Shown here one piece after another: positions 1 through 11,462 of a stretch of 64,000 nt of DNA. The notes under the pieces were generated by a model. It ran no database searches. It was not told where the DNA came from and saw nothing but the letters and a program-made list of their open reading frames with translations. Origin of the DNA: Carcharhinus amblyrhynchos (Eukaryota); contig OZ336890.1 of NCBI GenBank assembly GCA_965287045.1, positions 25,296,001-25,360,000 of the forward strand. The letters run 5' to 3'. Position 1 is the first letter of the stretch. Each line of letters starts with the position of its first letter. A program made the position numbers and the translations under genes.

Positions 1-965
1 TTAAGCGTTAATCCCTTTTCTTCTGGGCATCCTTCCATTTTGTGCAGTCTGGTTCCTAGGTACATTTCCAGAGGCAATTTGGCCCTGACAACAGCTGGGA
101 CAAGAGCTGCCTCCGTGTTTGTGGGATTTGACAGTGAGAGGAGAGCTGGGTACATTGTACGCCAGCATTAACATGAAGTAACTGTCCTCCATGATAACCT
201 GGTTTATGAGAATTGTACGGAAATTCTACTCAGTAAAAGATTAACCAGACCACTAGTATTCATCTAGATATTGCCAGAACTAGATTAAACCAGTAGATTT
301 TATTCACTTCCATAAAGCAACACATTATTGTGGAAATAGGAAAGCTAATATTATTTATTTTGATGATTTTGGTTGCAAAGTAGTTTCAAAATGAAAATTC
401 TCTGCTATTTACTATTTCATGCCTTCCCACTTGGAGAAAAATGTTGCACACAACTCCCTTTTAATAACAAATGCGGAATTAAAAAAATGTTCTGCTCCCT
501 TGACACATTTTAGAAAATAAAGATTTCCAGTAACAGGCAGCAGTGCAGATCTAAATGCAATCGACAAATAATTTAACTTCAAAGCACACACTGCCAACTA
601 TATTAAACTAAGTGCCTTTGCTTATAACATGCTTACCTTCAATAAGAAGCTATGAAATGATCTATATGAGTGTGGCATGAACTTCATAAATGAAAAGAAA
701 TGGAAGCAGACACAGATAAGTGACACAGAAACGATATGGGTCAGTAATGATGGACTGGGAGAACCCATGCGCAATGTTTCAGGCAGTTAGCACTGGATCA
801 GAATCACATCCCAGTGGAGACTGTTCAAGCTTTGCAAACATTGCTGCACATTTGCTTCACAAGACCCAGTCTTGTGAAGATCATTCTAGCTGTTTCTGAG
901 ATCGTTGAGTTATACTAAACTGGACACTGTAAATATTGCAACCTAAACTATTACACCTGCTGTTA

Positions 966-1095
966 CATGGGTAAGATGGGTTTGGAGGGACATGGACCAA
1001 ACACGCGCAATTGGGACCAGCTTAGTGATTCAAAAAAAAGGGTGGCATGGACGAGTTGGGTTGAAGAGCCTGTTTCCATGTTGTTAACATCTATG
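966..1095 (+). mobile_element. CR1-type LINE 3' UTR fragment
   Basis: gggtttggagggacatggaccaaac...ggcatggacgagttgggttgaagagcctgtttccatg, a typical CR1 3' end hairpin region. Confidence 0.6.
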
Positions 1096-1788
1096 GTTGT
1101 GCTAACCATGCTGAGCTCCTATTCATTAGTCAAGATGTTATCGTGCATTTGGATCTCAGAGACATATTGGAAAAATCTGCAATATCTTTGGAACTTCGGT
1201 TTTAAAAGGAAAACAAAAATGCAAGTTAATTAGTCACCTTTAAGTTTGTGACCATGATATACTTGAATCTCAAAGAAAATATAGATTTATGATGACATTG
1301 CTTTAGGTGTGCTGAATGCTGCAATTATTTTCTTCTTCGTATAATGTCATCAAATAGATTATTTTATGGGTTAGTTGGTAATATTGAGCAGTGCTAATAT
1401 TTTTCAACTACTGAAGTCCACCCTCCAGCTCCATCGACATAAATGATGATGAAGTCAGTGGCAATATGAATAGCTACGGTATTTTTTGTGTCCTAATTTG
1501 CTTGTTCCCTCTGAGGCTTTATCTGGATTTGTCAATACCCATATGTACTAGTACAGATACCAACAGAAAGGATAGACCTGGATTCTGTGGTTGTAATGAT
1601 GATAAAACTATCAATGTTTGTGATGCCATCAACCTATAAAACTGACAGAATTACTGGAGTTTACAATTAGGTAGCTAAACACAGGAATTAAAATGTGCTG
1701 TGAATGATCCCGTGCTTTTCCACACAGTGTGCTGTTGAAATCTCCGTAAGTGGCAAACTATAGAAATCACTGAGTTGAGAAGAACATG

Positions 1789-1983
1789 TCCAAAGATGTG
1801 CGGGTTAGGTTGATTGGCCATGCTAAGAAATTGCCCCTTAGTGTCCAGGGATGCGTAGTTTTGAAGGATTAGTGAGTATAATATGCAGGGATATGGGGGT
1901 AGAGCCTGGGTGGGATTGTGTTCGGTGCAGACTCGATGGGCCGAAGGGCCTCTTTCTGCACTGTCGGGTTCTATGATTCTACG
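1789..1983 (+). mobile_element. V-SINE/HE1-type SINE, 3' half
   Basis: gtccaaagatgtgcgggttaggttgattggccatgct...gggccgaagggcctctttctgcactg...ttctatgattcta, matching the full copies in the window. Confidence 0.85.
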
Positions 1984-3610
1984 AACGTGTCCTTTTACAC
2001 TGTGATGTTGCTGTCAAACACTATGCCTCGACAATGAGGTTTAATTAGGTTTTAGACAGTGTGCTCAGTCTCAACTACTGCTGAAAAACCTCTCTAGCCT
2101 TGGAAAACTGAATTTACATTTGTGTAATGTCCACTCTGATTAAAAAAAGAAATCAATAGTCTTTTAATATATGTACCCCAAACTTTATTATGTTATCATT
2201 TCTTTTAATAAATATTACAATAAATGTATTTATTTCTTAGTTTGTTGTCAATGGGAATACTTGAATGGGATGGGTTGCCTACCCTGCTTGATGACATCAC
2301 TGTCGCTGGATGCCAGGTAATCCCCTTGATGCCAGATTCAACTTAATGTCAAGGAAGATGAAATTTGCGCCACAGAGATTGTTAGATCTTTGTGGGCAGC
2401 TTTCTTCGAGGTCAGCGGAGATTGCTGTTGCTTCACAGCTGATGGCAAAACCTGGGCTATAGTAAACTGAAATGCAAGAGAGCATTTTGATTGTAATCTT
2501 CACAAAGTTCTTGTAATTAAGTGTACATTGCTTGTTATCAATACCGATTCACCAGTGATGCATGTAATACATTGCACTGGTCTCAGTTCAGCAAATGTAC
2601 TAATCTATCATGAATGCCAAAAATACTGTTCTGCTGTGTTCCAGAAGTCTCCAGTGCTGTGAGGCAACAAAGGAAACAGCCTAACCTCCAAGACATTTCT
2701 ATTTTTCTGCTTCCAGCTAAGCCTTGCAAATTTCAAGTTGAAAGAATTGAGCATTAGCATTATGCTGAAGCCTTATAGATTAATTCCCATGGGATTCATT
2801 TAATATCAGAGATCATTAGTGAGACTTGAGGTGAACACAAAAACTAATGGAAATGAGTAACAAAAAAAAACACATCAAAGATGGCTCAGAACAACTGCAA
2901 GAGTACTCTTTGTTCTAAAAGCTTTTAAAATATATCCACCTGGTGAGGCATGTATTCTTCTATCTCAGTGATGTTAGTGACTGGGGATGTTGCTCTTCAC
3001 ATTTTTTTAGGAAACAAAGCAGTGGATATATCAACTGTCCCCAGCACAGGAAGTGTTTGAACAAGATTATATGACTATTATTAGAGCAGAATATTCTGTC
3101 TAAAATAACAAAGAAAACACAAAGTAGCTGTGCCCTATTTTGACAATGTGTATTGTTTTTAATCAATGATCTTGAGATTCTATCTATTAGCATTGGCAGT
3201 AAGCAAAAGTGGAGTGAAACCCTGTCCTTGGAATCCTCAAGTGCTCATATATTTATACTGCAAATCAAGTAATTTCAATGCAGAAATCAGATGCTCTTAG
3301 AAAATAAAAACAGTTTTCCTTGGCTATCAAGTGGCTTTAATTGGCAGTTTGCATTATCAGCTAGGGTTTTCACAGAGTTTTTTTTTAAAGAAACACATTG
3401 ACTGCAAGTCCTACACCAACTTTTAAACCAATGGGAAACACCAAACCAGGCACCATGATTCCCTTTGTGAAATGAAGGCACCTGCTGCAGGAAATATGTT
3501 TAGGTACGGAAGATTGGAAAGGAGGAAATGGAAAATGCACACAAACTGATCAATGGAAAAAGACGAAGTAGACATTTAAAGTAGGGAAAAGAGAAAGATT
3601 GGACCTGCAC

Positions 3611-3703
3611 CTCTATTTTACGACCTTCTACGATTGTTCCATTTAATTTCTCCCGTGCCCTGTCCGCGTCAGCACTGGTTTCGAAAGTTACGAAACCAAA
3701 TCC
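3611..3703 (-). CDS. RBFOX3: RBFOX3 93-nt cassette exon (RNP1, second half of RRM), phase 0/0
   Basis: Translates [31 protein letters not shown]; FETS and LNGTIVE are RBFOX3-type residues. Acceptor ttttccttttctcttacctgcatgcag, donor GAG|gtgcag. The 93-nt length matches the autoregulated RBFOX exon. Confidence 0.96.
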
Positions 3704-3706
3704 CTG

Positions 3707-3742
3707 CATGCAGGTAAGAGAAAAGGAAAAGAGAGACATGCA
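3707..3742 (-). promoter_or_regulatory. Two UGCAUG RBFOX-binding elements at the 3' splice site and branch region of the 93-nt exon
   Basis: Plus-strand CATGCA at 3707-3712 and 3737-3742 equals TGCATG on the transcribed strand, at -9..-4 and -39..-34 from the exon. Confidence 0.85.
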
Positions 3743-6553
3743 TATGATTATACAGGGAATAAGACAGTCTTTTGATATGTTTCAGTACACCAGCTGGAAC
3801 ATCAAGATAGCAAAGTCATTCTACGAGGCCACAGAGCAACCGGATCCAAGAAGGTGAAATGGAAAGTATACTGAGAGGGAAAGATATAGTCGCTGCATTT
3901 GAAAACATATAGTTAGATTATTTACACATTTATTGTAGTTGCAGTTCTCCTGCAGTGAGCTTGCTAGGATCTTGTATTTGATATTTCTGCCATAGGTAAG
4001 GAAGATCAGTTTTCAATGATGGTGACTAAAAATGAGGAGGACCATTAGAAAATAAACAACTCTAACCTGGATCAGACCATTTTAATTTTCTACAGCTCAG
4101 TTTAAGCCCAAATGAAGATCCTTTGCATCACATCACTTTTTTTTTGAAAAGTAACCGGTGAGATCAATTATAAAACATATTAAAATAATTTCCAGTTTTG
4201 TTTCTTGCTTATGGGCTGACATACAATTACATTAGTTTTTGGTGTATTTGATGGAGGCAGGTCAAACCATACTGTCCTGGTTTTAAAACTGACCTTTATA
4301 GTTCACAACATTCATATCTATACAGAAAGTATATAAGATTAAACAAAAATTAGTCAAGGCTGAATGTTACTGTATCCAAATGAAATATATAATAGCACCG
4401 GCCTTTTCTTTGTAGTGCAGGTAGCAAAGGTCTTGAAAGAGAATGGTTGTATTAATTTTGGTTTTATTTTAATTGTATGCCATATCTGCAGGCATCAATC
4501 ATAAACACAAATCTGTTTGGTTTTAGTTTAGTCTTGTAATGGCTGTTAAAATGGGCAAACCACTCATAGGTCCCCTTTGTTTAGTGCACATTCAGCAGGC
4601 CTAGCAAAGCAATTGATTATTAATGTTATGCATGAACTTATGTGCATAGAGGAGAACTCCAAGTAATGGTTCTGTCAGGCACATACTTCCACAAGCAGCG
4701 TGTGTGAAGCTTTGCTGTCTGTATTGTGCGTGAAGCTGTTCAGAGTGTGGAGGTGCAGCTCTTGTGATTCCTGACAAAAATACAGAGGCTTGGTTTAAAC
4801 ACAAACGATCATGGTGCTGCTCATGTCATAATCTTGCAGAGAACTGACAGCCGTGACAGCTTTCCACAGTTGTAAGGAGTCTGGCATTGGAGAGGATATC
4901 CTCATCAAATCCACTAGTCTGCATGGATCTAGACCCAATTTCTGTGCAGTCAGCTAAACAGATATTGGATCACTGGAGTAGATATTGGCTTTGTAGTACT
5001 CAAAGGTTGCCAACAGTGGCAAGGAGAGCCTAGTTTTCTTGAGAATTCTCACTTTTCTGCCAAGCACCCTAGCCCACTTGCTTTTCCCAGTCTAGGTCAG
5101 ATGTGATTACCAAGTCAAAGTGCTGAATCATTGTAATTAGAGAGAGCTTGAACACATTAGTGTGGGGAAAGGTTGAAAACACCACAATCAATCATTTTCA
5201 ACAGAGCTATTGATTGGTCCCCCCTGCTGCTGAAGGTTGCCATTTGGCCATCTTATTTTGAGTGCTGTATCAGCCTTGACTGATTTGGTTTTTGCTAGCC
5301 TTTCATGTGTATAATTAACCATTCTATGGAAGCTGGTATCATCAAGAAAGGAGATAATGCCTCCCCTAAAATATGTATTGGGTGTTAACGAAGGAGCCAA
5401 ATATATTCCAGACAAAGACTCAGTGATGTTCTGACAATAAGACAAATTAAAAGAGAACTAGTGTCCAATTGGAAAATAATCTGTTCAGGACATGGCATCT
5501 CATCTTCTCATTGAAGCTTATAAGACCCTTAAAATGACATGGCTGATGTTCTTCCCTGATACTGGCAATTGGGTGAATTGATTCATTTTAGACTAGTAAT
5601 TAAAATACGCACAAATTTGCTTGCTAGTCAAATGAATATCTATATAACAGATTGTTAGAGGTTAAATACTGAAACAACTTTTGCTTCTCATGGCTTTCAT
5701 TAGTCTCCATTTGTTGATGGAAGGGATATTACTTGAACAACAGTCTGGTCCCTATTTCAGGGTGGGTACAGCAATTGCTGCCTTCCAAACATTTAAGGGA
5801 ACTTCAACTGACAAATTCTGTTGAAAATAATAGATTGGAATCAACCAGCTTCTTGATAAGAACTCTAGTCAGACTATGGCTTAGTCACTCAGCCCAGTAA
5901 CACCTTTTGGTATCTTAAAGACAATTGATTTGGGTTTTGGATGATTGCTGCACATCAATGGAACAAAGCTACAGAATGTTGAATTGAGATGACTTAGAAA
6001 ATACGACAGAACACTTCAGCATTATCCACAGATTTGGGTCAAGTGACTCTGCTCTCCTGGATAAGGATTGCTCTGCTTTTTATACCGGAGGACTGAGAGT
6101 CAAGGATTGCAATTTTCTTTTTTAAAAAATAGGAGTTATTCAGCCTGCCCACTTAACAAATATAATAATCTATTAAAATGTTTTATAGTCTCATGCACAT
6201 GATTACAAGCTTGCCTGGTCATTATTTTTGTTTTCCTGGCTTCCAAAGCCACAGTATCCACATCGTATAAATTTTGCATGTCAGAGTGTTCTAATGTGGT
6301 AATTATAGTAATAAGTATCCTGTACGCCATTCCTCATAGAATAAAAAGTAACTGTTTTCCACTGCACATCAGAATGGCATCCTTCATCATAGTTAGAATC
6401 CTTATGCATGCAAAAACAATTGGTCCACTGTACTTAAAATGCAGTAGCCAAATAATGACTTCTAGTAGCCAAGAGCTACAGGAAATTTTCAAATCTTGTG
6501 ATTCCAGACCTTTTGTCAGACAGAGGATACACATAACATTGTATTAGACTTAC

Positions 6554-6557
6554 CCTG
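6554..6557 (-). other. Candidate 4-nt (or 1-nt) frameshifting microexon in the RBFOX3 intron
   Basis: Minus strand reads gttaattgtctttttctctctctttcctgtcTAG-CAGG-GTAAGT: branch-like TTAAT, long pyrimidine tract, AG, 4 nt, then a consensus donor. Confidence 0.5.
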
Positions 6558-7152
6558 CTAGACAGGAAAGAGAGAGAAAAAGACAATTAACATCTTCAAT
6601 TGCCTTGTAATTAGACTGTTTGTTAATCTCTTCTTGTAATCATATTCATACCATAAACTAGAAAGTTGTATCTTACGTGCTGAAAGGGGTTTACATTCTT
6701 TTGCAAACTAAATTGCTTAAGCAAGCTTAACCCTTCAACCACCAAAGCAGCCTCCCAGCCGAATTTCAAATGCTCTTCCTTACTTTGAAAATGCATTTCA
6801 TATAGATCTCATCTTTTATAAATGCCATTTATCCATTCAGCGTTAAATCTGTTTAATCTGATTATCATCTTCTGGTGGCATATCTTTCTGCCGTTTGTGC
6901 CAATAAGATAGATAAGAACCTACAAAGGACAGTGTTTCTTTTCCCGTATTTCGACTTAATATGGTTGGGTGAGAAAATAAAAAAAAATTGTGTTTCTAAG
7001 TTATTTTATGTTTATAAGACAAAATCAGGAAAAACTGATAAACTATTCCAGAGGAACTGCAGATGTTTTGAGAAATTTTTCTCAAATTAATTCTATTTGT
7101 GCAGGATAAGAAGAGGATAGTGGCAGCTCTAAGGAAATGCTAACATTTTGTT

Positions 7153-7289
7153 TGATGTGGAGATGCCAGCATTGGACTGGGGTAAACACAATAAGAAGTC
7201 TCACAGCACCAGGTTAAAGTCTCACAACACCAGGTTAAAGTACCAAATAAACCTGTTGGGCTTTAACCTGGTATTGTGAGACTTCTTAC
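7153..7289. mobile_element. Penelope-like element terminus remnant with inverted repeat and internal tandem duplication
   Basis: taagaagtctcacagcaccaggttaaag is duplicated in tandem and inverted as ctttaacctggtattgtgagacttctta. Same family as 10426-10681 and 37213-37345. Confidence 0.6.
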
Positions 7290-8059
7290 AGCATTTTGTT
7301 TAGCAGGGGAGTTGGGGATCTGGGATGATGGAAATGATGCATTGGATGGTGCATGCTTAAGGGTATGTCTGAAGCTGACAATCAAACAATATCAGAGACC
7401 AATTTTATTAATCGCATCTGTATTTTAAGTTCCTGTTCTCTGTCATTCTTTTAAGAGGTACAACTGCTATGTTGAATGTTCAGAACATCAGTCTTAGGCT
7501 TCAGTCTTCAAATAAACAAATAGGAAGCAATATACCAAACATGTTCTAAATCTTGCACAGTAAAGTGAAATCATTTGCACCTCGCTTAGGTGCAGATTAC
7601 ACATTTCTGTTTATTTTTGAAATTATTCTGAAGTAGTTGTCTTTCAACATTGGCCTTAAACTTTTTACTGGAAAGTGGCTGCTTTCAGAAATTCTCAAAG
7701 GATGTCTGCAGCGCATTTAAGCGCATCCTCTGCTCATCTAAGCTGCATTAAAGACATGTTCTGTCATTCCTTCCAAATTACTCCATGTTTAGAATAGATG
7801 TTGCTTGATTAAAACATATGGTAAGATATTTGGAACATGTGGGAAGATGTCACTCACTGAACTAAACTACAATACTTCATGAGGTAATATAATGCACCAA
7901 GATTGGTAGAAAGCATGGCAGAAATTTGCATGTTTATATTGAATCTGGAATATTTAGAAAAAATTCTGTTGTTAGTTGTGGTCAATTAACGTCAGTATAA
8001 ATTGAGGGGATCTTGATTGAGACTGCCATTTATTATTGTCACTGGCTAGAGTTTTTAAA

Positions 8060-8690
8060 AATTAATTTATGGGACATGAGTGTCACTGGCTGGCCAGCAT
8101 TTATTGCCCATTCCTAGTTGCCCTTGAGAAGGTGATGGTGAACTGCCTTCTTGAATCGCTGCAGTCCACATGCCGTGAGTTGACTGCAATGCCATTCGGG
8201 TGGGAATTCCAGGACTTTGACCCAGCGACTGCAAAGGAATAGTGATATATTTCCAAGTCAGGATAGTGAGTGGCTTGGAGGGGAACTTGTAAGTGGTGGT
8301 GTTCCCACATATCTGCTGCCCTTGACCTTCTACATGGAAGTGGTTGTGGGTTTGGAAGGTGCTGTCTCAGAATCTTTGGTGAATTTCTGCAGTGCATCTT
8401 GTCGATAGTACACACAGCTAATGCTGAATGTCGGTGGTGGAGAGTGTCGATGTTTGTGAATGTGGTGCCAATCAAGCGGGCTGCTCTGTCCTGGATGGTG
8501 TAAAGCTTTTTGGGTGTTATTGGAGCTGTACCCATCCAGGCAACTGGGGCGTATTCCATCATACTCCTGACTTGTGCCTTGTAGATGGTGGACAGGCTTT
8601 CGGGAGTTCGGTGATGAGTTGTTCAACACAGCATTCCTAGTCTTTAACCTGTTCTTGTAGCCACTGTGTTTATATGGTGAGTTGAGCATG
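8060..8690 (-). mobile_element. Non-LTR retrotransposon (CR1/L2 group) ORF2 C-terminus and 3' end, decayed
   Basis: ORF 8101-8562 (MEYAPVAWMG...IQDRAARLIG...LHHR...SKSWNS) has the RT C-terminal pattern. Related copies at 35895, 38790, 42780 and 57690. Confidence 0.8.
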
Positions 8691-9454
8691 TAAATGGCTA
8701 AAAGATGTTCAGACGCTTGGCATAAATTCTTTACTCTTGGTCACACAATGGGCCAGCTTTTCACTTTCCTCATGGTTAAAATCGGAAGTTGCACTCTCAA
8801 ATACCTGGCCTCGGTTTTTGAAAACCACTGAGAAGCGCAGAGTGAAAATTAAGACCTGTCTTGCTGCTGAAAGGATTCACTGTAATGTTGTTGTGGTATT
8901 AGAAATAACAGTATTTGTAGATGTAGTAAGTAGTGGAAATAACAGTGGGAGATGTGGTAAAGTAATAATAGGGAGTTATAGCAGAGTTGCAGTTGTAGAA
9001 GCAAAGTAGGAATAGTTTTAAGATAAATAATTTAACAAAGTAGAGGTAACACCAACAGCCACTTTGTACAGCCAATGCTTCTGATATGTACACCATGAAT
9101 TTCAGCTCCCTGATCCCAAAGGCAGGCTGGCTCTGACTAAGATATGGAAGTTAGATTTAGCAGTGTAAATGTTAATGGATACTGGTCTCCTGGAATCCAA
9201 AGTAAAAGCACCAATTTCAAAAAATATCTAACTTTGAACTCAAGTTTTCCTCATAACCCCACTTAACTCTCCCAAAAGCTGGTGACAATTCGGTGACAGA
9301 TCAACAGCCCTCATTATCATATGATCCATTCATCCTGCCCCCCACCCACTATGGGTGCTAGCATGAGGCTGGTCTAATAATGGTGCAAACACCATGTCCA
9401 GTTACTACCAACAAGAACGTTTTGTCCTTCTAATCCTATAAACCTATTCTTTTT

Positions 9455-9657
9455 CACATTAACCCAATAAACCTACTGTTTCAAACACTGACCTTTTAAA
9501 CCTACTGTTTCACACACTAATCTTTTAAACCTGTTGTTTTATGCATTAATCCCTTAACCCTGCTGCTTCACACATTAATCCTCTAACCCTGCTGCTTTAC
9601 ACATTAATCCTCTAATCCTGCTATTTCGCACATTATCCCTTTTAAACCTGCAGTTTC
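9455..9657 (+). repeat. Minisatellite, ~29-bp unit, about 7 diverged copies
   Basis: Units such as cacacattaatcctctaaccctgctgctt, tacacattaatcctctaatcctgctattt and cacacactaatcttttaaacctgttgttt. Confidence 0.85.
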
Positions 9658-10425
9658 ACCCCATAACCCTTTCAGGGCAACAGACCATTCTTCCGCCTCT
9701 GAGCAGCATTTCACTTTTTAAGATGTTGAAATCTCCAAAATCATAGTTTGCAACATCCTTAATTACAATATTCTCACACTCATTTTGTGCCGAAGAGCTG
9801 GGATACTTATCACGTGTCTGCAAGTGACACATAAAATGATATATGAGCATCGTGCCCCAAACTGCAGACTGATCCTTAGTCTAACATCCAGTACTTCCAC
9901 ATTCTTGCAGATTGTGAAGGACTCACATGGGCTGGCTCACTAATATTATCTGCACCCTTATTAAAGACAAATAGCAGTGAGGAGATGAATGCTATATCTG
10001 TTTTGCTGCGCTCTGGTGAAGCAGCCGTCATGCCAATATTACTGGGCCTGATGGTACAATGGAGTGGTTAGTATCAGTAAGTGTATAGCTATCAACCTAA
10101 AATGCCTCGGCAATTTTATCACTTGAGCTCCATATGCTAATTTTCATTCTCCAATTCAGTTGCTCATCCAGACCACCTTCACATCAGCACTTGTTACTAA
10201 AATATTCAGCAGACTGTTAACATGGAGCACAGAATCCGTTTTCAAATTGAAATTTGTCCGTACCTCTGTGTATTTCTAATTGAGTCCATTGGGTAATCTG
10301 TCCCATAGTGTAAGCATGCAACCCTTGGGAAATTTGTGATTATTGTTAGCAGGAAAACTACTGATGCCACATGCGCATGTACATATAAGCATTCCGATAG
10401 GCAAAGCTGTCTATAATTAAGAATG

Positions 10426-10681
10426 ACGTGAAGATGCCAGTGTTGGTTTGGTGTGGGCACAGTAAAACATCTCATAACACCAGGAAAAAGTCCAGTAAAG
10501 TTTATTTGGAATCACAAGCTTTCGGAGCACAGCTCCTTCATCAGGTAAGTCGACTCAATAATATTTCTGTATGTCTGCAGGAAATAATGCTGATTTACTT
10601 GATGAAAGAGCAGCGCTCCGAAAGCTCGTGATTCCAAATAAACCTGCTGGACTTTAACCTGGTCTTGTGAGACTTCTTACT
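10426..10681. mobile_element. Penelope-like element remnant with inverted arms carrying minimal hammerhead motifs
   Basis: Arms 10461-10548 and 10596-10681 are reverse complements with mismatches. Each contains a (C/T)TGATGA-stem-GAAA-GCT motif. Confidence 0.7.
10511..10548 (-). ncRNA. Minimal hammerhead ribozyme motif (Penelope-type)
   Basis: Minus strand: uuac CUGAUGA a GGAGC ugu GCUCC GAAA GC UU gugau. Intact core boxes, 5-bp stem II, palindromic AAGCUU stem III, 4-bp stem I. Confidence 0.55.
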
Positions 10682-10838
10682 TTATAATTAAGAATGTGTT
10701 TCATACGATAAACTATGAGTATCCAATAGCCCTGTATGGTACACTCACATATAACATATAATACCCACTGGGTCTCTGTTAAAATCACCGAAACTACATT
10801 AGAAGATCAAACAAATAAGTTGAGAATGTCTCGCTTAC

Positions 10839-10892
10839 CTTAGAACCCCGCTCATTAAAAATTATTTCAACGTCTAAAATTTTACCAAATTG
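10839..10892 (-). CDS. RBFOX3: RBFOX3 coding exon (RRM middle), 54 nt, phase 0/0
   Basis: Not in the ORF track; read by hand as CAA TTT GGT AAA ATT TTA GAC GTT GAA ATA ATT TTT AAT GAG CGG GGT TCT AAG = QFGKILDVEIIFNERGSK. Acceptor ctcttgtttcttttacag, donor AAG|gtaagc. In frame with both neighbouring exons. Confidence 0.96.
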
Positions 10893-11195
10893 CTGTAAAA
10901 GAAACAAGAGAGACAACCATTAGAAATATTGTACTGTGATTCACCATGAACAAACTTCAGGAGCAATCCATAATTGCCCCCTTGCAACAGTCCAGCCACT
11001 CAAGGTGCTGAAGGAGAGCGGAACGGAGAAATTATATAAGGTGTTTGAATATGGAAACATCTGTAATGGGAGTTTCCTGTTCCCAATTCAATTGCTTTAC
11101 AGTATTCAGTTTTATCAAAGGGTTATCTCTGTGACAGAGGAGACAACCCCCATAATTTTCCCATTGAAGGTGTCGGGCCATTAATAAAATGGGGT

Positions 11196-11462
11196 GGCAC
11201 AGTGGTTAGCAGGACCCAGGTTCAATTCCAGCCTCGGGTCACTGTCTGCACATTCTCCCTCTGTCTGTGTGGGTTTCCTCCCACACTCCAAAGATGTGTG
11301 GGTCAGGTTAATTGGCCATGCTAAATTGACCCTAGTGTCAGGGGGATTATCAGGATAAATGTGTGGGGTTACGGGAATAGGGTCTGGGTGGGATTATGGT
11401 CAGTACAGAATCAATGGGCCAAATGGCCTCCTTCAGTACTGTAGGGATTCTATGATTCCATG
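11196..11462 (+). mobile_element. V-SINE/HE1-type SINE with internal deletions
   Basis: ggcacagtggttagc head, gggtttcctcccac core, gggattctatgatt tail. Confidence 0.85.

Noticed and set aside
1-3610. The next RBFOX3 exon (VNNATARVMT...)
   Set aside because: No matching codons were found by eye on the minus strand; it is presumably beyond the window edge.
3711-3719. Plus-strand donor-like CAG|GTAAGA suggesting an antisense spliced gene
   Set aside because: It is simply the complement of the RBFOX3 acceptor region; no plus-strand exon or ORF supports it.
9455-9657. Regular ~29-bp repeats as a CRISPR-like array
   Set aside because: The units are directly adjacent with no unique spacers, in a vertebrate intron: a minisatellite.
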